The notes beneath the pieces were generated by a model. The model searched no databases. It had not been told where the DNA came from and saw only the letters and a list, made by a program, of their open reading frames with translations. This document shows, one piece after another, positions 7,877 through 18,517 of a DNA stretch of 39,168 nucleotides; positions within the stretch are counted from its first letter, which is position 1, and every line of letters starts with the position of its first letter. The DNA comes from Bdellovibrionia bacterium (GTDB lineage Bacteria > Bdellovibrionota > UBA1018): the NCBI GenBank assembly GCA_045805065.1, contig JBJMMA010000182.1, positions 1 to 39,168 of the forward strand, given 5' to 3'. A program made the translations under genes and the position numbers.

Positions 7877-10179
7877 GAAGAACCGATCGTCGCTTTTTTC
7901 CCAAAAGCCCAGAAGAGGGGCAGGTTCAGGAATGGCATCGATTTCGATCCACGAATGAGCGCCACTTTTCCGAGTGGCCGTGTGACAGTCGTTGAGTTGA
8001 TGACATTCAAGATCATATCGGCCAGCGCCTTGGTTTGTGGCGCAACCTGCACAATGCCAGAATCAATGAGGCGGCTTCCCACTTCTTTCATTTTGTTGAA
8101 GCCGCAATCCAGCTCATCTCTGCCATCGAGAATAGAATAAGAAAGAGTTCCGTCTTTCTTCTTGCCGCAATTATCAAACACGCCTTCCATTCCGATGGCC
8201 GTGATCGTCGCGAGGTCAAGATCGCTCTGGCTGATGTATTTTCTCGTTTCATCTGGCGAAGGTATGATCTCGTCAAAGGCGATGAAACACGACTTATCAA
8301 ACCCAAACTCGTTACAGCGCTGGTAGGTGCGCGGGAAGTTTCTCTTGAGCATGTCTCCGATATGGGCGCGGTAGACTTCACGAGTGATCATGAAGTCACC
8401 ATTCATTGCTTCTTTTGCCGCGTCTTTGCCGCCAAGAATCTCCTCAAGTGCATACTGCCGGTAATGCGGAAGGCTTGTCAGAGTAGTTAAGATCGCCGTA
8501 ATAGCCGGCCGATCCAGAATCACAGAGCCCGTAGGAAACGTGTTGGAAACATTGGACAGAACTTTCTCAAAGATGTTTCTCTGAGTCTCCGTTCTCTCGA
8601 CCAGAACGTCATGAGATGAGGCTACAAGTCTCGCAAAGGCGGAAAGATTCCACTGAGGCGAAAGTGTCACTGCTCCTTGGTCATCATGAAGCATATCCAA
8701 TGCGGCGCCGTTGAGGCGTTTTCCCAAATTGGAGATGTATCGATCGACGGACTGATAGGTTTCGATGCTGCTTGTGATGAAAGTCACAATCTCATCTTGT
8801 CCAGTGCTGACATTAACTGAGATGACACCATCTTTGTTTTCGTCAAAGATCTGGATCATTTGCTCGGCTGCGGCATCAAAGAAGGCGATGGCGCTCATGA
8901 CAGAGCCATCCAGAGGCACGGCCTCGATCCCATGGCGTGGATTTTTCACACGAAGGACCATGTCGATGGTCTGGGACTTTTCGCGCACGGAGAAATCCTT
9001 GAGGATGCAGTCTTTCCAGGATGTCGCCTTTCCGTTCTGGCACTGGTGAGTGCGATAAGCGCGAGAGAATTGCGGTATCGCATCGAGCATCAGACTTTCA
9101 TATTGCGTGATGAGCGCGAACACGCGGTTCATGACCACGGGCCTGATCGCGTATTTATCCGAGCCGTGATCCACCTTGTTGATCAACTGCAACGAATCGA
9201 TGAAATTATCAGGAGGATGCGCGCCCATGGCTTTGGCAAACTCAAGCCAAAGCCTCGTGTCGATTGCGTTCATGTGGGGTTGTGAGAACCACCGATCGAC
9301 CAGCGGCTCAGCAACCTCGATGGAAGCCTTGATCCGGCCTGCTTCCTTGTCGAGAATCGAGCTTTTGTCGTTGATCATGAACTCAACCCAGCGCGCTGAG
9401 GGTTTGAAGTGATCGAGTGCGTTGTCAAAGCAATCCGCGATTTCAGCAGTCTGAAGATGGGTTGACTCGCTTTGCAAAGGACAGATGAAGCCCAGGAAGT
9501 TTCTTACGACCCGAACACCCGGCTCAAGTCCGGTTAGAGTCTGTTTATCAGTGATCGCGAACGCATCTCGAAGCAGTGGATAAAGCTCAGTGCTCGATTT
9601 CTTCCATTCAAGCTCACGAAGAAATGATGCGGCTGTTCCAAGGGCGACCTGCATGTCTCCGTAAGAGAATGCGTTCACATTCTCAAACGGAACAAGCTTC
9701 TTATAAGAGTTTCGAATGGCGGAGCGATGCGCACGGAACCACGAGATCCAGCGATCGACTCGCTCTTTTGTGATCGTAGGACCAAACCCCAACAGGTGCT
9801 TGATCGCGACAAAACGGCGGGTCCACAACTGCTTTCCAGCTTCTCCGCCATCAAAAGAGATAATGCCATTATGAATGAGCAGGGAAATTTCTCGCTCAGT
9901 CAGTTCGCCCGGGCGCGCACCGCGAATTTTCTTCCAGACATCAGGCTCTTTTGCAGCATAGCACTCAAAAGTCGCGGATGACTCTTCTTCAGTGCCCTCG
10001 TAGATCTTGTCCCAGGAGGCGCAATCTCCTCCAGGGCCGGATTGCGAGTTTGCATCGTCCTTGCTGACAATCCTCGTTGGAGGAGGCGCTTCGCCAAGCC
10101 AATGCTTGAGCCCGCATCCCGTCAGTCCAACAGAAGCCAAAAGAGCGAATATAATGTATTTTCCGCGGAAAGTTACCAT
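7810..10179 (-). CDS. Large hypothetical lipoprotein
   Basis: ATG at 10179 overlaps the upstream stop (CAATGGTAA). Signal MVTFRGKYIIFALLASVGLTGC with lipobox. EF-hand-like DENKDGVIS. Several Cys. Confidence 0.8.
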   Translation of the reverse strand: MVTFRGKYIIFALLASVGLTGCGLKHWLGEAPPPTRIVSKDDANSQSGPGGDCASWDKIYEGTEEESSATFECYAAKEPDVWKKIRGARPGELTEREISLLIHNGIISFDGGEAGKQLWTRRFVAIKHLLGFGPTITKERVDRWISWFRAHRSAIRNSYKKLVPFENVNAFSYGDMQVALGTAASFLRELEWKKSSTELYPLLRDAFAITDKQTLTGLEPGVRVVRNFLGFICPLQSESTHLQTAEIADCFDNALDHFKPSARWVEFMINDKSSILDKEAGRIKASIEVAEPLVDRWFSQPHMNAIDTRLWLEFAKAMGAHPPDNFIDSLQLINKVDHGSDKYAIRPVVMNRVFALITQYESLMLDAIPQFSRAYRTHQCQNGKATSWKDCILKDFSVREKSQTIDMVLRVKNPRHGIEAVPLDGSVMSAIAFFDAAAEQMIQIFDENKDGVISVNVSTGQDEIVTFITSSIETYQSVDRYISNLGKRLNGAALDMLHDDQGAVTLSPQWNLSAFARLVASSHDVLVERTETQRNIFEKVLSNVSNTFPTGSVILDRPAITAILTTLTSLPHYRQYALEEILGGKDAAKEAMNGDFMITREVYRAHIGDMLKRNFPRTYQRCNEFGFDKSCFIAFDEIIPSPDETRKYISQSDLDLATITAIGMEGVFDNCGKKKDGTLSYSILDGRDELDCGFNKMKEVGSRLIDSGIVQVAPQTKALADMILNVINSTTVTRPLGKVALIRGSKSMPFLNLPLFWAFGKKATIGSSYGLLSDIIASDRVKDAKRSAR

Positions 10180-11501
10180 TGCCAGTTCACTCCCATGGCC
10201 GCAGAGCCCAGCGAGCGCCAATCGCCAAAGTAACTGCGATCTTGGCCGCGCATCACTTGAGCATAGGCGTAGATGTTTAAGTTGCTGGAAGCGGCATAGA
10301 TGATCTTGGGACGAAGCATGTGTCCCAGGTTAGCCGTGGCCAGATGTTTTTCGACGTGAAATGAGGGAATGATGCGATCGTGATAGAAGCTCGCCCTGAG
10401 TTCCGCCCAGACCAGGCCATCGGAGAGAGATGGCGTGATCGTGGCGCTGGAGGTTGGCTTGGATGCGCTTGGGACCCAGCGATTGAGCGCTCCCACGCTG
10501 AGATACTCGATCGGCGTAGATTGAACACTGGCTGTGTACTCTTTGCGGAACCACTCATAAGTTCCTGCGATCAGCGGTTTTCCAAAAATCCCATTCGCCT
10601 CATAACGAAAGCCAGTGAAGTGCTGACGACGAAACTTTGGACGTGCTTCGATCATCACATCTGCCGAGTCGCTCTCAACGGCGCCTGATGTATGGGTAAC
10701 GAGCGCAAAGTCCGTATCAATATCTGGCGATGGATTAGGCGCAGTCCAGTCCAAGACATCAAATCGCATGTCAGCGTTTGAGTAGCCTGCCGAGACAAAT
10801 GCCTGTGGCTGCAGGACGATGTTTCTGATCGCGCCCGTATTGATCTTGTAACGAAGCGGAAGAGTTGCATCTCCTTGCTCGACATACTGCGGGGGGAGGC
10901 GAGAAAAGCGTGAACCATTCGCGGCTTCATTTTCAGAGAGCTGAAGCCTTGGACCAAAAGAAGGAAGAAAGAGGGGAGAAAATGCCGTCGTCAAAGAGAA
11001 GGCGTGATTGCTATCCTCAATGTGTCCGCCCACTCCAACCCAACCGACGACGCGAGGATTGAGAGCATCGGATTGGTTTTGTGCCCAATTCGTTCCGATC
11101 GCATCCAGATAAGTCGGTGATGTGCCTTGAGTGGCTTCAATCAGTGGATGAGTTCTTCCGATCCAAAGGTGACCCTGGACATTGTCAGGATTTGCGACCG
11201 TAAGACGCAAAACTGTGCGATCCAGGTCAAAGCTGTGATCGCCGCCAGTGCCGGTTTCATAAAAGGAGTAGAAATGAAGCTCGCGCGCAGGCAGTGAATA
11301 AGCCTTTGAAGTATGATCCGGGTCTTGCGCATCTGGGGACGAAGTCAGACTGAAATTCAAATCGATCCGCGAGGTCCCTTTCTCGTCAGCGGCATACTGC
11401 TCGCCCTGAAAGGAAGTGCTGGATTGAAAGACAGCAGCGAACAATGGGCTACTCAAGCCCATCGAAGCTAAGATAAAGTATAAAATACTGCGCTGCGTCA
11501 T
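10173..11501 (-). CDS. Hypothetical protein, probable outer-membrane beta-barrel
   Basis: Signal peptide (PLFA), alternating amphipathic strands, C-terminal GVNWQW aromatic signature. Start could be 11510. Confidence 0.7.
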   Translation of the reverse strand: MTQRSILYFILASMGLSSPLFAAVFQSSTSFQGEQYAADEKGTSRIDLNFSLTSSPDAQDPDHTSKAYSLPARELHFYSFYETGTGGDHSFDLDRTVLRLTVANPDNVQGHLWIGRTHPLIEATQGTSPTYLDAIGTNWAQNQSDALNPRVVGWVGVGGHIEDSNHAFSLTTAFSPLFLPSFGPRLQLSENEAANGSRFSRLPPQYVEQGDATLPLRYKINTGAIRNIVLQPQAFVSAGYSNADMRFDVLDWTAPNPSPDIDTDFALVTHTSGAVESDSADVMIEARPKFRRQHFTGFRYEANGIFGKPLIAGTYEWFRKEYTASVQSTPIEYLSVGALNRWVPSASKPTSSATITPSLSDGLVWAELRASFYHDRIIPSFHVEKHLATANLGHMLRPKIIYAASSNLNIYAYAQVMRGQDRSYFGDWRSLGSAAMGVNWQW

Positions 11502-11566
11502 CGCGCGCACTTTATACTACTTCATCTTATTTTGCTACCTGATCTAACCTATCAAAACTTCAGGCT

Positions 11567-12682
11567 TTAGCCTGAGTGGGTTTGCGCAGGTGCTTGTTTT
11601 TGCTTGGAAAGATCACGCCAGCTTTTTCCGTCTCGGGCCTTTGGATCGAGTTGGAATCGCCTGACGGCTTTCAAGTGAGCATCGTAAGTTGCCGTAAACT
11701 CGTGAGTTCCGTCGTTGTGCGAGACAAAGTAAAGAAAATCACTTTGAGACGGAAACAAGGCTGCATGGATGGCTTCCCGGCCTGGATTGGAAATCGGGCC
11801 TGCCGGAAGGGCAGGAACATAATACGTATTATAAGGCGTTGCCGTTGAGAGATCCGCTTTATGAAGGTTTCCATCGTAGCGGTCCCAGATTCCGTAGATC
11901 GTCGTGGGATCGCTTTGCAGGCGCATCTTCTTCTGCAGGCGATTATGGAAAACTGAGCTGATCATCGGGCGCTCTTGAGGCGCGCCGGTTTCCTTCTCAA
12001 TGATGGAAGCCAAAGTGACGACCTCATGTTGGCTCATTCCCAGCGCTTTGGCCCGAGCTTCCTGTTCAGGGCCCCACACGGCCAGAAACTTTCGAACCAT
12101 ACCGCGGACGATGTCTTCTGCGGTCATCGCCTTGTTCAAGAAATAGGTATCCGGGAAAAGATATCCTTCAAGTGATTTTGCCTGAGGATCCTTGATGCCA
12201 AGAACTGTAATGAACTTGGGATCCTTGCAAAGGCGGAGGAATGTCTCGTGATTGACGAGCTTCATTTCCTCGAGCGCGTCAGCGACTTCATACATGTTCT
12301 CGCCTTCACGAATCGTGATCGGATGAAGCACGCTTACGCCAGAGGTGAGCACGCGGAAAACTTCGATGGGCGTCATTTGCGGAGTAAATTTATACTCGCC
12401 CGCTTTAACGCGTTTCCAAAGTCGGGTCACACGACCCAGCATCATGAAGTTATTCTCGTCATCAGAACGAATTACGCCGTTCGCTGTTAAAAGGTGCGTA
12501 AGCTCCTTAGGGCTTTTTCCCTTTGTCACCTCAACGATTGCACCCTGTCCGTTCGGGCTGTGAATCGGGGAGAAGACAAAGAAGGCAAAGCGCGTGGCGT
12601 AAAATCCCAATCCTGTAAACAAAAGCAGGAAAAGGGCTCCAATGAAAATACGACTTGGGCGTGTAGCGCGTGATCCGTTCAT
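11567..12682 (-). CDS. mltG: Endolytic murein transglycosylase MltG
   Basis: N-terminal TM helix, LEGYLFPDTY, LASIIEKE (catalytic Glu), VFHNRL, LQSDPT, PYNTY, LPAGPISNPG, LYFV. Confidence 0.96.
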   Translation of the reverse strand: MNGSRATRPSRIFIGALFLLLFTGLGFYATRFAFFVFSPIHSPNGQGAIVEVTKGKSPKELTHLLTANGVIRSDDENNFMMLGRVTRLWKRVKAGEYKFTPQMTPIEVFRVLTSGVSVLHPITIREGENMYEVADALEEMKLVNHETFLRLCKDPKFITVLGIKDPQAKSLEGYLFPDTYFLNKAMTAEDIVRGMVRKFLAVWGPEQEARAKALGMSQHEVVTLASIIEKETGAPQERPMISSVFHNRLQKKMRLQSDPTTIYGIWDRYDGNLHKADLSTATPYNTYYVPALPAGPISNPGREAIHAALFPSQSDFLYFVSHNDGTHEFTATYDAHLKAVRRFQLDPKARDGKSWRDLSKQKQAPAQTHSG

Positions 12683-12967
12683 AAGTGTTCTCTTTTGATT
12701 GTAGAGGAAAAACCGAAAAGCACCAGCCACTGAAGTTGAAGAAAAGTTGAGATAATGGCGTGTTGCTTAAGCTTTTTGCCTAGGAAATCCTCTAAGCAAA
12801 ATGAGGTCCTGCGCGACGTGCTGGTTGCTGTTTTTTCTTTACGGAATGCAGCATTTCTGTTACCCAAAAGGCTCCTGTACTTCTAAACGAAGCAATTCCG
12901 TCCAAACTCCAATCAAGCACACACTGCACATTTTCAATTCATCAAATTAGCCAATTTAGAGGATTAA

Positions 12968-14221
12968 ATGCATCTTCGTGAATTAAAAGAGAAGAAAATC
13001 GGTGATCTGGTCGATATGAGCAAAGAGCTCGGCATTGAAAATGCCGGCGGTATGCGCAGACAAGATCTGATCTTTGCCGTATTGCAGAAGAAGGCTGAAA
13101 AAGACGAGCATATTTACGTCGACGGCGTTCTTGAGTGCCTCCCAGATGGTTTCGGATTCCTTCGCGCCCCAGATTACAATTACCTTCCAGGTCCAGATGA
13201 CGTTTACGTCTCTCCATCCCAGATCCGCCGCTTTGGTCTTCGCACCGGCGATACGGTGAGTGGTTCCGTTCGCGCTCCTAAAGAAGGCGAGCGCTACTTC
13301 GCTCTGCTCAAAGTCGAGCAAGTCAACTACCAGACTCCAGAGATGAACGCTGAGAAGGTTCTCTTTGATAACCTGACTCCGCTTTATCCAAATAAGCGCC
13401 TCAATCTCGAGTATCAACCTACTCACTACGGCACGCGCATCATCGACATGATGGTTCCGCTGGGCAAGGGTCAGCGCTGCTTGATCGTTGCTCCTCCTCG
13501 CGCCGGTAAGACGGTGATGATGCAAGATATCGCCAACGCGATCACGACCAATCACCCTGAAGTGAAACTCATTGTTCTTCTGATCGATGAGCGTCCTGAA
13601 GAAGTCACCGACATGCAACGCTCGGTGAAGGGCGAAGTCGTGAGCTCCACTTTCGATGAGCAGGCATCCCGCCACGTTCAAGTCGCTGAGATGGTCATCG
13701 AAAAGGCAAAGCGCCTGGTTGAGAACAAGTATGACGTCGTGATCTTGCTCGACTCGATCACCCGTCTCTCCCGCGCTTACAACTCCGTGGTTCCACCATC
13801 AGGCAAGATTCTCTCCGGCGGTGTCGACTCCAACGCTCTTTATAAGCCAAAGCGCTTCTTCGGCGCTGCTCGTAACATCGAAGAAGGCGGCTCGCTCACG
13901 ATCATCGCGACTGCACTCGTCGATACGGGCTCCCGCATGGACGAAGTTATTTTCGAAGAGTTCAAAGGAACCGGTAACTCCGAAATCCACCTCGATCGCA
14001 AGCTGATGGAAAAGCGTATTTTCCCATGCTTGGACATCAACAAGTCGGCAACCCGTAAGGAAGAAATGCTTCTTCCAAAGGATATGCTCAATCGCCTGTG
14101 GATTCTCCGCAAGGTTCTCCACCCAATGAACACCGTCGACGCGATGGAATTCCTCCTCGACAAGGTCTCCAAGGCCAAGACGAACGATGAGTTCATCAAA
14201 GCCATGTCGGGTGGCGGCTAA
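12968..14221 (+). CDS. rho: Transcription termination factor Rho
   Basis: [17 protein letters not shown], Walker [34 protein letters not shown]. Confidence 0.99.
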   Translation: MHLRELKEKKIGDLVDMSKELGIENAGGMRRQDLIFAVLQKKAEKDEHIYVDGVLECLPDGFGFLRAPDYNYLPGPDDVYVSPSQIRRFGLRTGDTVSGSVRAPKEGERYFALLKVEQVNYQTPEMNAEKVLFDNLTPLYPNKRLNLEYQPTHYGTRIIDMMVPLGKGQRCLIVAPPRAGKTVMMQDIANAITTNHPEVKLIVLLIDERPEEVTDMQRSVKGEVVSSTFDEQASRHVQVAEMVIEKAKRLVENKYDVVILLDSITRLSRAYNSVVPPSGKILSGGVDSNALYKPKRFFGAARNIEEGGSLTIIATALVDTGSRMDEVIFEEFKGTGNSEIHLDRKLMEKRIFPCLDINKSATRKEEMLLPKDMLNRLWILRKVLHPMNTVDAMEFLLDKVSKAKTNDEFIKAMSGGG

Positions 14222-14264
14222 AAACGTATCCGGCACCTTTTGGTAAAAGGTTGCGTCATAACTT

Positions 14265-14301
14265 AAAAAAGGAGATGTGGACCTTGTCCCATCTCCTTTT
14301 T
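14265..14301. terminator. Bidirectional intrinsic terminator between rho and the deacetylase
   Basis: AAAAAAGGAGATG...CATCTCCTTTTT inverted repeat with A/T tracts on both sides. Confidence 0.85.
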
Positions 14302-14304
14302 GTT

Positions 14305-15231
14305 TTAGAGACAGACTTTGTCGAGCTTGTCGCCAGGATATCTGTCGGGTTTCGGCAATCCGATGTCCGCGCTTTTTAAGCCACGTGCCTTCATCACTTG
14401 GAAAGTGAGTTCTGAGCCATTGCGCTGCGCGATCCCTGGATCTTGAGCATAGACTTCATCGCGCATGGCTTGCGAAAGCGGGATGAACTCAACGCCCTTC
14501 TGCTCATAGCGAGTTAAGAGCTCATCGAGCATCTCAGAATCAAATGCGCCGATGTGAAGAAGGAGAATATGCGGAATGCTTCGTTTGAACAAAGCCTTCG
14601 AGAGAAACTCTTCCATATCCACAGCCTGATCTGCGTAACCCAGGTAGGTCTCCTTGAGCCATTCAATGGATTTCAAATCGCCCTTTGCCATGCATCGAGC
14701 GTAAGGATCATTCCAGCTCCAGTCTTCAAAGTCGATGGTGACTTGAGCGATCTTATAGCCGTGATCAAAGAGGTGCTTTCTGATGGCGTTGCGTTTCTCC
14801 ATCGTGTCGCCTTCACGAAGATAAGGGTATCTGAAAAACTTCCAATCCCCAGAACCGCTGAGCGCCTTCAGCATCGGCTCGTTCTTATCAATTGCCGCCT
14901 TGAACTCATCAATCGATACTTTGTTGATATCTGAGTGTAGGTAGGTGTGATTGCCAAAAGGATAGCCGGCATCCTTCCAGATCTGCAGAACTTCCATCGA
15001 CTCGTGACGTTCTTCAACCTTGCCTGCGTTGATGAAAGCATAGACCTCGGGGATCTTATGCTTCTTGAAGACTGCGACCATTTTCTTAGCGACGTCCTCG
15101 CGGCTCACTTTAGGCGGGAGCTTGCCGTGAGTTGGCAGGTCATCCACTGTAATGGCCATTTGGATTTTAGTTTGGGCATGAGACTGAATGGCGAAAGCAA
15201 AAAGGGCGACGAGCGTAAACAGTGATCTCAT
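14305..15231 (-). CDS. Secreted polysaccharide deacetylase (CE4/NodB family)
   Basis: TVDDLP, GNHTYLH, FRYPY and LLLH motifs. ATG at 15231 gives signal peptide MRSLFTLVALFAFAIQSHA. Confidence 0.9.
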   Translation of the reverse strand: MRSLFTLVALFAFAIQSHAQTKIQMAITVDDLPTHGKLPPKVSREDVAKKMVAVFKKHKIPEVYAFINAGKVEERHESMEVLQIWKDAGYPFGNHTYLHSDINKVSIDEFKAAIDKNEPMLKALSGSGDWKFFRYPYLREGDTMEKRNAIRKHLFDHGYKIAQVTIDFEDWSWNDPYARCMAKGDLKSIEWLKETYLGYADQAVDMEEFLSKALFKRSIPHILLLHIGAFDSEMLDELLTRYEQKGVEFIPLSQAMRDEVYAQDPGIAQRNGSELTFQVMKARGLKSADIGLPKPDRYPGDKLDKVCL

Positions 15232-15274
15232 GGAGTAAGAGTCTAATGGCCGTCCGCAATTTGGAAAAGTTCTA

Positions 15275-15937
15275 TTACCAAAACCCAGGGACCGTTCCCG
15301 CAGGTGATGGTTTAAGGTCGCGATGGCAAAACTGAGTTTGTTTGCATGAAGGTTTGTCAGCATTAAAGAATGCACTCATCATTAACCAGTTCTCGCTCAG
15401 AGTATTCTTGATGTACTCGACTCTGAGCTGGTCTGGAAAGCTTTCCTCCGTTGGCTCCAAACACCAGCACGGACTTCCGTTATCCTTCCTGACTTGAGTT
15501 CCAAAGAGCTGCTTTTGGCCAATTCTGACTAAATAACGATCCAGTCCTGCGGCCATGAGCCACTTCCGGCTGCCATCGCCTAACTGTACGGCGCGCTTTG
15601 ACCAGATGAAGGTTTGATACGCATGATCTGCAGTGTCGCCATGTTGATAGACGAGTGCCGCGGCGGCGTAGTCTTTTGCGTCCTTGAAGCATCCGGCGGC
15701 AAAGATCTCAGCTACTTGGGTCCGCCTTTGAAGGTCCCGCGGGGAGACCTTCTTCCAATCAATGGAGTCGACTGGCCCTTTTCTGTCTTCTTGATCTTCG
15801 GACGCAAGCTTTTGAAGTTCAGCCGATTTCTCTGCCTGAAGGCTTGGATCTTCCACGCAGTTGGATGAGCCTATGGCCGCCCCTGGACGTGCTGCAATAA
15901 TAAGGAGCAGGGCTAAAACGGTAGAAAAGCTGCGCAT
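15275..15937 (-). CDS. Secreted hypothetical protein, DUF6624-like
   Basis: Signal peptide; DQEDR, LVYQHG, WLMAAGLDRYL, QLFGTQ pattern. Confidence 0.65.
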   Translation of the reverse strand: MRSFSTVLALLLIIAARPGAAIGSSNCVEDPSLQAEKSAELQKLASEDQEDRKGPVDSIDWKKVSPRDLQRRTQVAEIFAAGCFKDAKDYAAAALVYQHGDTADHAYQTFIWSKRAVQLGDGSRKWLMAAGLDRYLVRIGQKQLFGTQVRKDNGSPCWCLEPTEESFPDQLRVEYIKNTLSENWLMMSAFFNADKPSCKQTQFCHRDLKPSPAGTVPGFW

Positions 15938-16170
15938 GGCGGCTTACTAGCACACAAATTTCAGAATGATGAGAGCGGGCTGCTTATGTCGTACGAATCA
16001 GTCAACTATTGACCGCTTGGCTGGTCCGCTATGACTTTATTGACTTGGCCTTCAGGATTTGTTAGCAGCAGACTTTACAGTTTTAGAGTTTTTACTCTGA
16101 ATTAAAGCGCTGTGGGAGCAGCCAGCCATTAACGGCCAGAGCCCCAGGCGTGCGATTTAAGGAGTTATTC

Positions 16171-16371
16171 ATGAAAGACGCGATTCACCCAGTTTATAAC
16201 GAAACGACCATTTCTTGCGCTTGCGGACATGTCATTGAGACCCGCGCAACCAAGGAAAACATCAAGGTCGAAATTTGCTCGAACTGCCATCCATTCTACA
16301 CCGGCAAGCACAAGCTTCTCGACACAGAAGGACGCGTTGAGCGCTTCCTCAATAAGTACAAGAAGAAGTAA
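16171..16371 (+). CDS. rpmE: 50S ribosomal protein L31, zinc-binding type
   Basis: MKDAIHPVY, CACG and CSNCHPFYTG, GRVERF. AAGGAG RBS before the ATG at 16171. Confidence 0.98.
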   Translation: MKDAIHPVYNETTISCACGHVIETRATKENIKVEICSNCHPFYTGKHKLLDTEGRVERFLNKYKKK

Positions 16372-16398
16372 GTTCGAGTTTCAAAGACTTGGAATTTT

Positions 16399-16434
16399 CA
16401 CTGGGGATGCTTTGTCATCCCCAGTGTTGTTTTT
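16399..16434 (+). terminator. Intrinsic terminator after rpmE
   Basis: 11-bp stem CACTGGGGATG/CATCCCCAGTG followed by TTGTTTTT. Confidence 0.85.
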
Positions 16435-16475
16435 AGACCTCAGTTTTTCACTATCACCTAAGGGAGAGCACATCC

Positions 16476-17555
16476 TTGTTCGATAAACTCGACGAAGTCG
16501 AACGTCGATTCAAAGAACTTGAGAGCCGGTTGGCAGATCCAGAGCTTGCCAATCGTCCTGGTGATTTCCGTAAACTTTCCCAAGAGCACGCAAGCCTCCA
16601 AGAACTGGTCGCCGAGTACCAGCGTTACAAGAAGCTCACCTCCGAGCTTGCGTCCAATAAAGAGCTTCTCCGCGAGAAGGATGACGAGATCGTCGCCATG
16701 GCTCGCGATGAGATCAAGCGCATTGAGCCTGAGCTTGAGCAATCCAAGCGCGCGCTCCAAGTGCACCTTCTTCCAAAAGATCCAAACGACGAGAAGAACA
16801 CGATGCTCGAAATCCGCGCAGGCGCGGGTGGAGAAGAAGCAGCGCTTTTTGTCGGTGAGCTTTTCAGACTTTATCAAAGATTTTGTGAGCGTCAGGGTTG
16901 GAGAGTCGAAGTCCTTTCAGCTAATCCAACCGGCATCGGCGGATTTAAAGAAATCATCGCCGAAGTCCAAGGCAACCGCGTTTACAGTCGCTTGAAATGG
17001 GAAGGCGGCGTTCACCGTGTGCAACGCGTTCCTGCGACCGAAGCGCAAGGCCGCGTTCACACGTCGACCGTCACAGTCGCGATTTTGCCCGAGGCTGAAG
17101 AAGTCGATGTGAACATCAATCCAGTCGATCTTCGTATCGACGTGTTCCGCTCCGGCGGCGCCGGCGGCCAAGGCGTTAACACGACCGACTCCGCGGTGCG
17201 TATCACGCACATTCCATCGGGCCTGGTTGTTGTCTGTCAGGACGAGCGCTCTCAACATAAAAACAAAGACAAGGCGATGAAGATTCTTCGCTCGCGTTTG
17301 CTTGAGCAAGAAGTCGAAAAGGCCGCAAAAGAACACTCGGATGCTCGCCGAAGCATGGTCGGAACAGGCGATCGCTCAGAGCGCATCCGTACCTACAACT
17401 TCCCGCAAGGACGCCTTACCGATCATCGCATCGGACTCACGCTTTATCAGCTCGATGAAGTGATGGAAGGCAAGATCGATGAGATCATCGAAGGCCTTCA
17501 GGCGCACCATCAGATGGAGTCGCTCAAGGCTCAAGGCTACGCGGAGGCTCAATAA
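16476..17555 (+). CDS. prfA: Peptide chain release factor 1
   Basis: GGQ motif, PAT tripeptide anticodon, [15 protein letters not shown] start. Confidence 0.98.
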   Translation: MFDKLDEVERRFKELESRLADPELANRPGDFRKLSQEHASLQELVAEYQRYKKLTSELASNKELLREKDDEIVAMARDEIKRIEPELEQSKRALQVHLLPKDPNDEKNTMLEIRAGAGGEEAALFVGELFRLYQRFCERQGWRVEVLSANPTGIGGFKEIIAEVQGNRVYSRLKWEGGVHRVQRVPATEAQGRVHTSTVTVAILPEAEEVDVNINPVDLRIDVFRSGGAGGQGVNTTDSAVRITHIPSGLVVVCQDERSQHKNKDKAMKILRSRLLEQEVEKAAKEHSDARRSMVGTGDRSERIRTYNFPQGRLTDHRIGLTLYQLDEVMEGKIDEIIEGLQAHHQMESLKAQGYAEAQ

Positions 17556-18517
17556 TGGGAGCGCTGTCGCGAGAGCTTCCAGAGAATTTCCAAGCAGCAC
17601 TTAATCTCGCGCACCAGCTTTTGTCCCGAAATCACTCGCTCGTTGAAAAGAACGTCATCGAGACCGAGTCTGAGCAAATCGTCATCGCAGCTTATCGCAA
17701 GGCGACGGGCCAGGCGCTCTCGCGAATGGATCTCTTCATGCGCCTTCAGGATCGCTTTCCTGAGGCCGCGGGAGAAACAGTCATCATTTACGCATCAGCG
17801 CGCGCTGAAGGTAAGATCCTTCAGCACTTGATTGGTTATCAGACCTTCCTGGATCACGAGTATGAAGTGGGGCCCGATGTTCTGGTTCCAAGGCCTGAGA
17901 CGGAGTTTTTAGTCGCCATTGCGCTCGATGAAATCGGAAGACAGTTTCCTGTTCGCGGGCAGCCCTTCATGGGACTTGAGATTGGTCTTGGAAGTGGCGC
18001 AATCGCGATTGAGATTCTCTCTCGATTTCCTGGCGCTCGCATTTTTGCTTCTGAACTGACTCCACAAGCTGAAGCGCGCGCAAAAACAAATGCGCGAAGG
18101 ATTCTCAATCAATCAGCAGTGGATTCAGCCCGGCTTAAGGTCCTGCGCGCCAATGACCCGCTTGAAGTCTGGCAGCCTTTTGAGCGCGCTCGCGCTGAAG
18201 GCGCTCTGACTGAGCCTGTGCAGTTTTTGATCAGTAATCCGCCTTACCTTGCCAACGAACAGGAAGTGGAGGCCGAGGTTTTGAATCAAGAACCTAAGAC
18301 AGCGCTCTTTGGTCCTGCTCACGATCCTGCCCATTTTTATCGGGAGATCGCCAAGGGCGCGCGAAATTTTCTTGAGCCAGGTGCTCCAGTTTATCTTGAG
18401 ATTCCACATGAGCGAGCTGCTTTGATTGAAGGAATATTTACGATCGAAGGCTGGAAAACTCGAATTGCGAAGGATCTCAGTGGACGTGACCGCGTTCTCA
18501 GTGCGAGATTTCCCTAA
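17555..18517 (+). CDS. prmC: Release factor glutamine methyltransferase
   Basis: PRPETE, EIGLGSG, SNPPY. TAATG coupling to prfA. Confidence 0.95.
   Translation: MGALSRELPENFQAALNLAHQLLSRNHSLVEKNVIETESEQIVIAAYRKATGQALSRMDLFMRLQDRFPEAAGETVIIYASARAEGKILQHLIGYQTFLDHEYEVGPDVLVPRPETEFLVAIALDEIGRQFPVRGQPFMGLEIGLGSGAIAIEILSRFPGARIFASELTPQAEARAKTNARRILNQSAVDSARLKVLRANDPLEVWQPFERARAEGALTEPVQFLISNPPYLANEQEVEAEVLNQEPKTALFGPAHDPAHFYREIAKGARNFLEPGAPVYLEIPHERAALIEGIFTIEGWKTRIAKDLSGRDRVLSARFP

Noticed and set aside
12983..14236. Long antisense ORFs opposite rho
   Set aside because: Shadow frames of a highly conserved gene; no motifs of their own.
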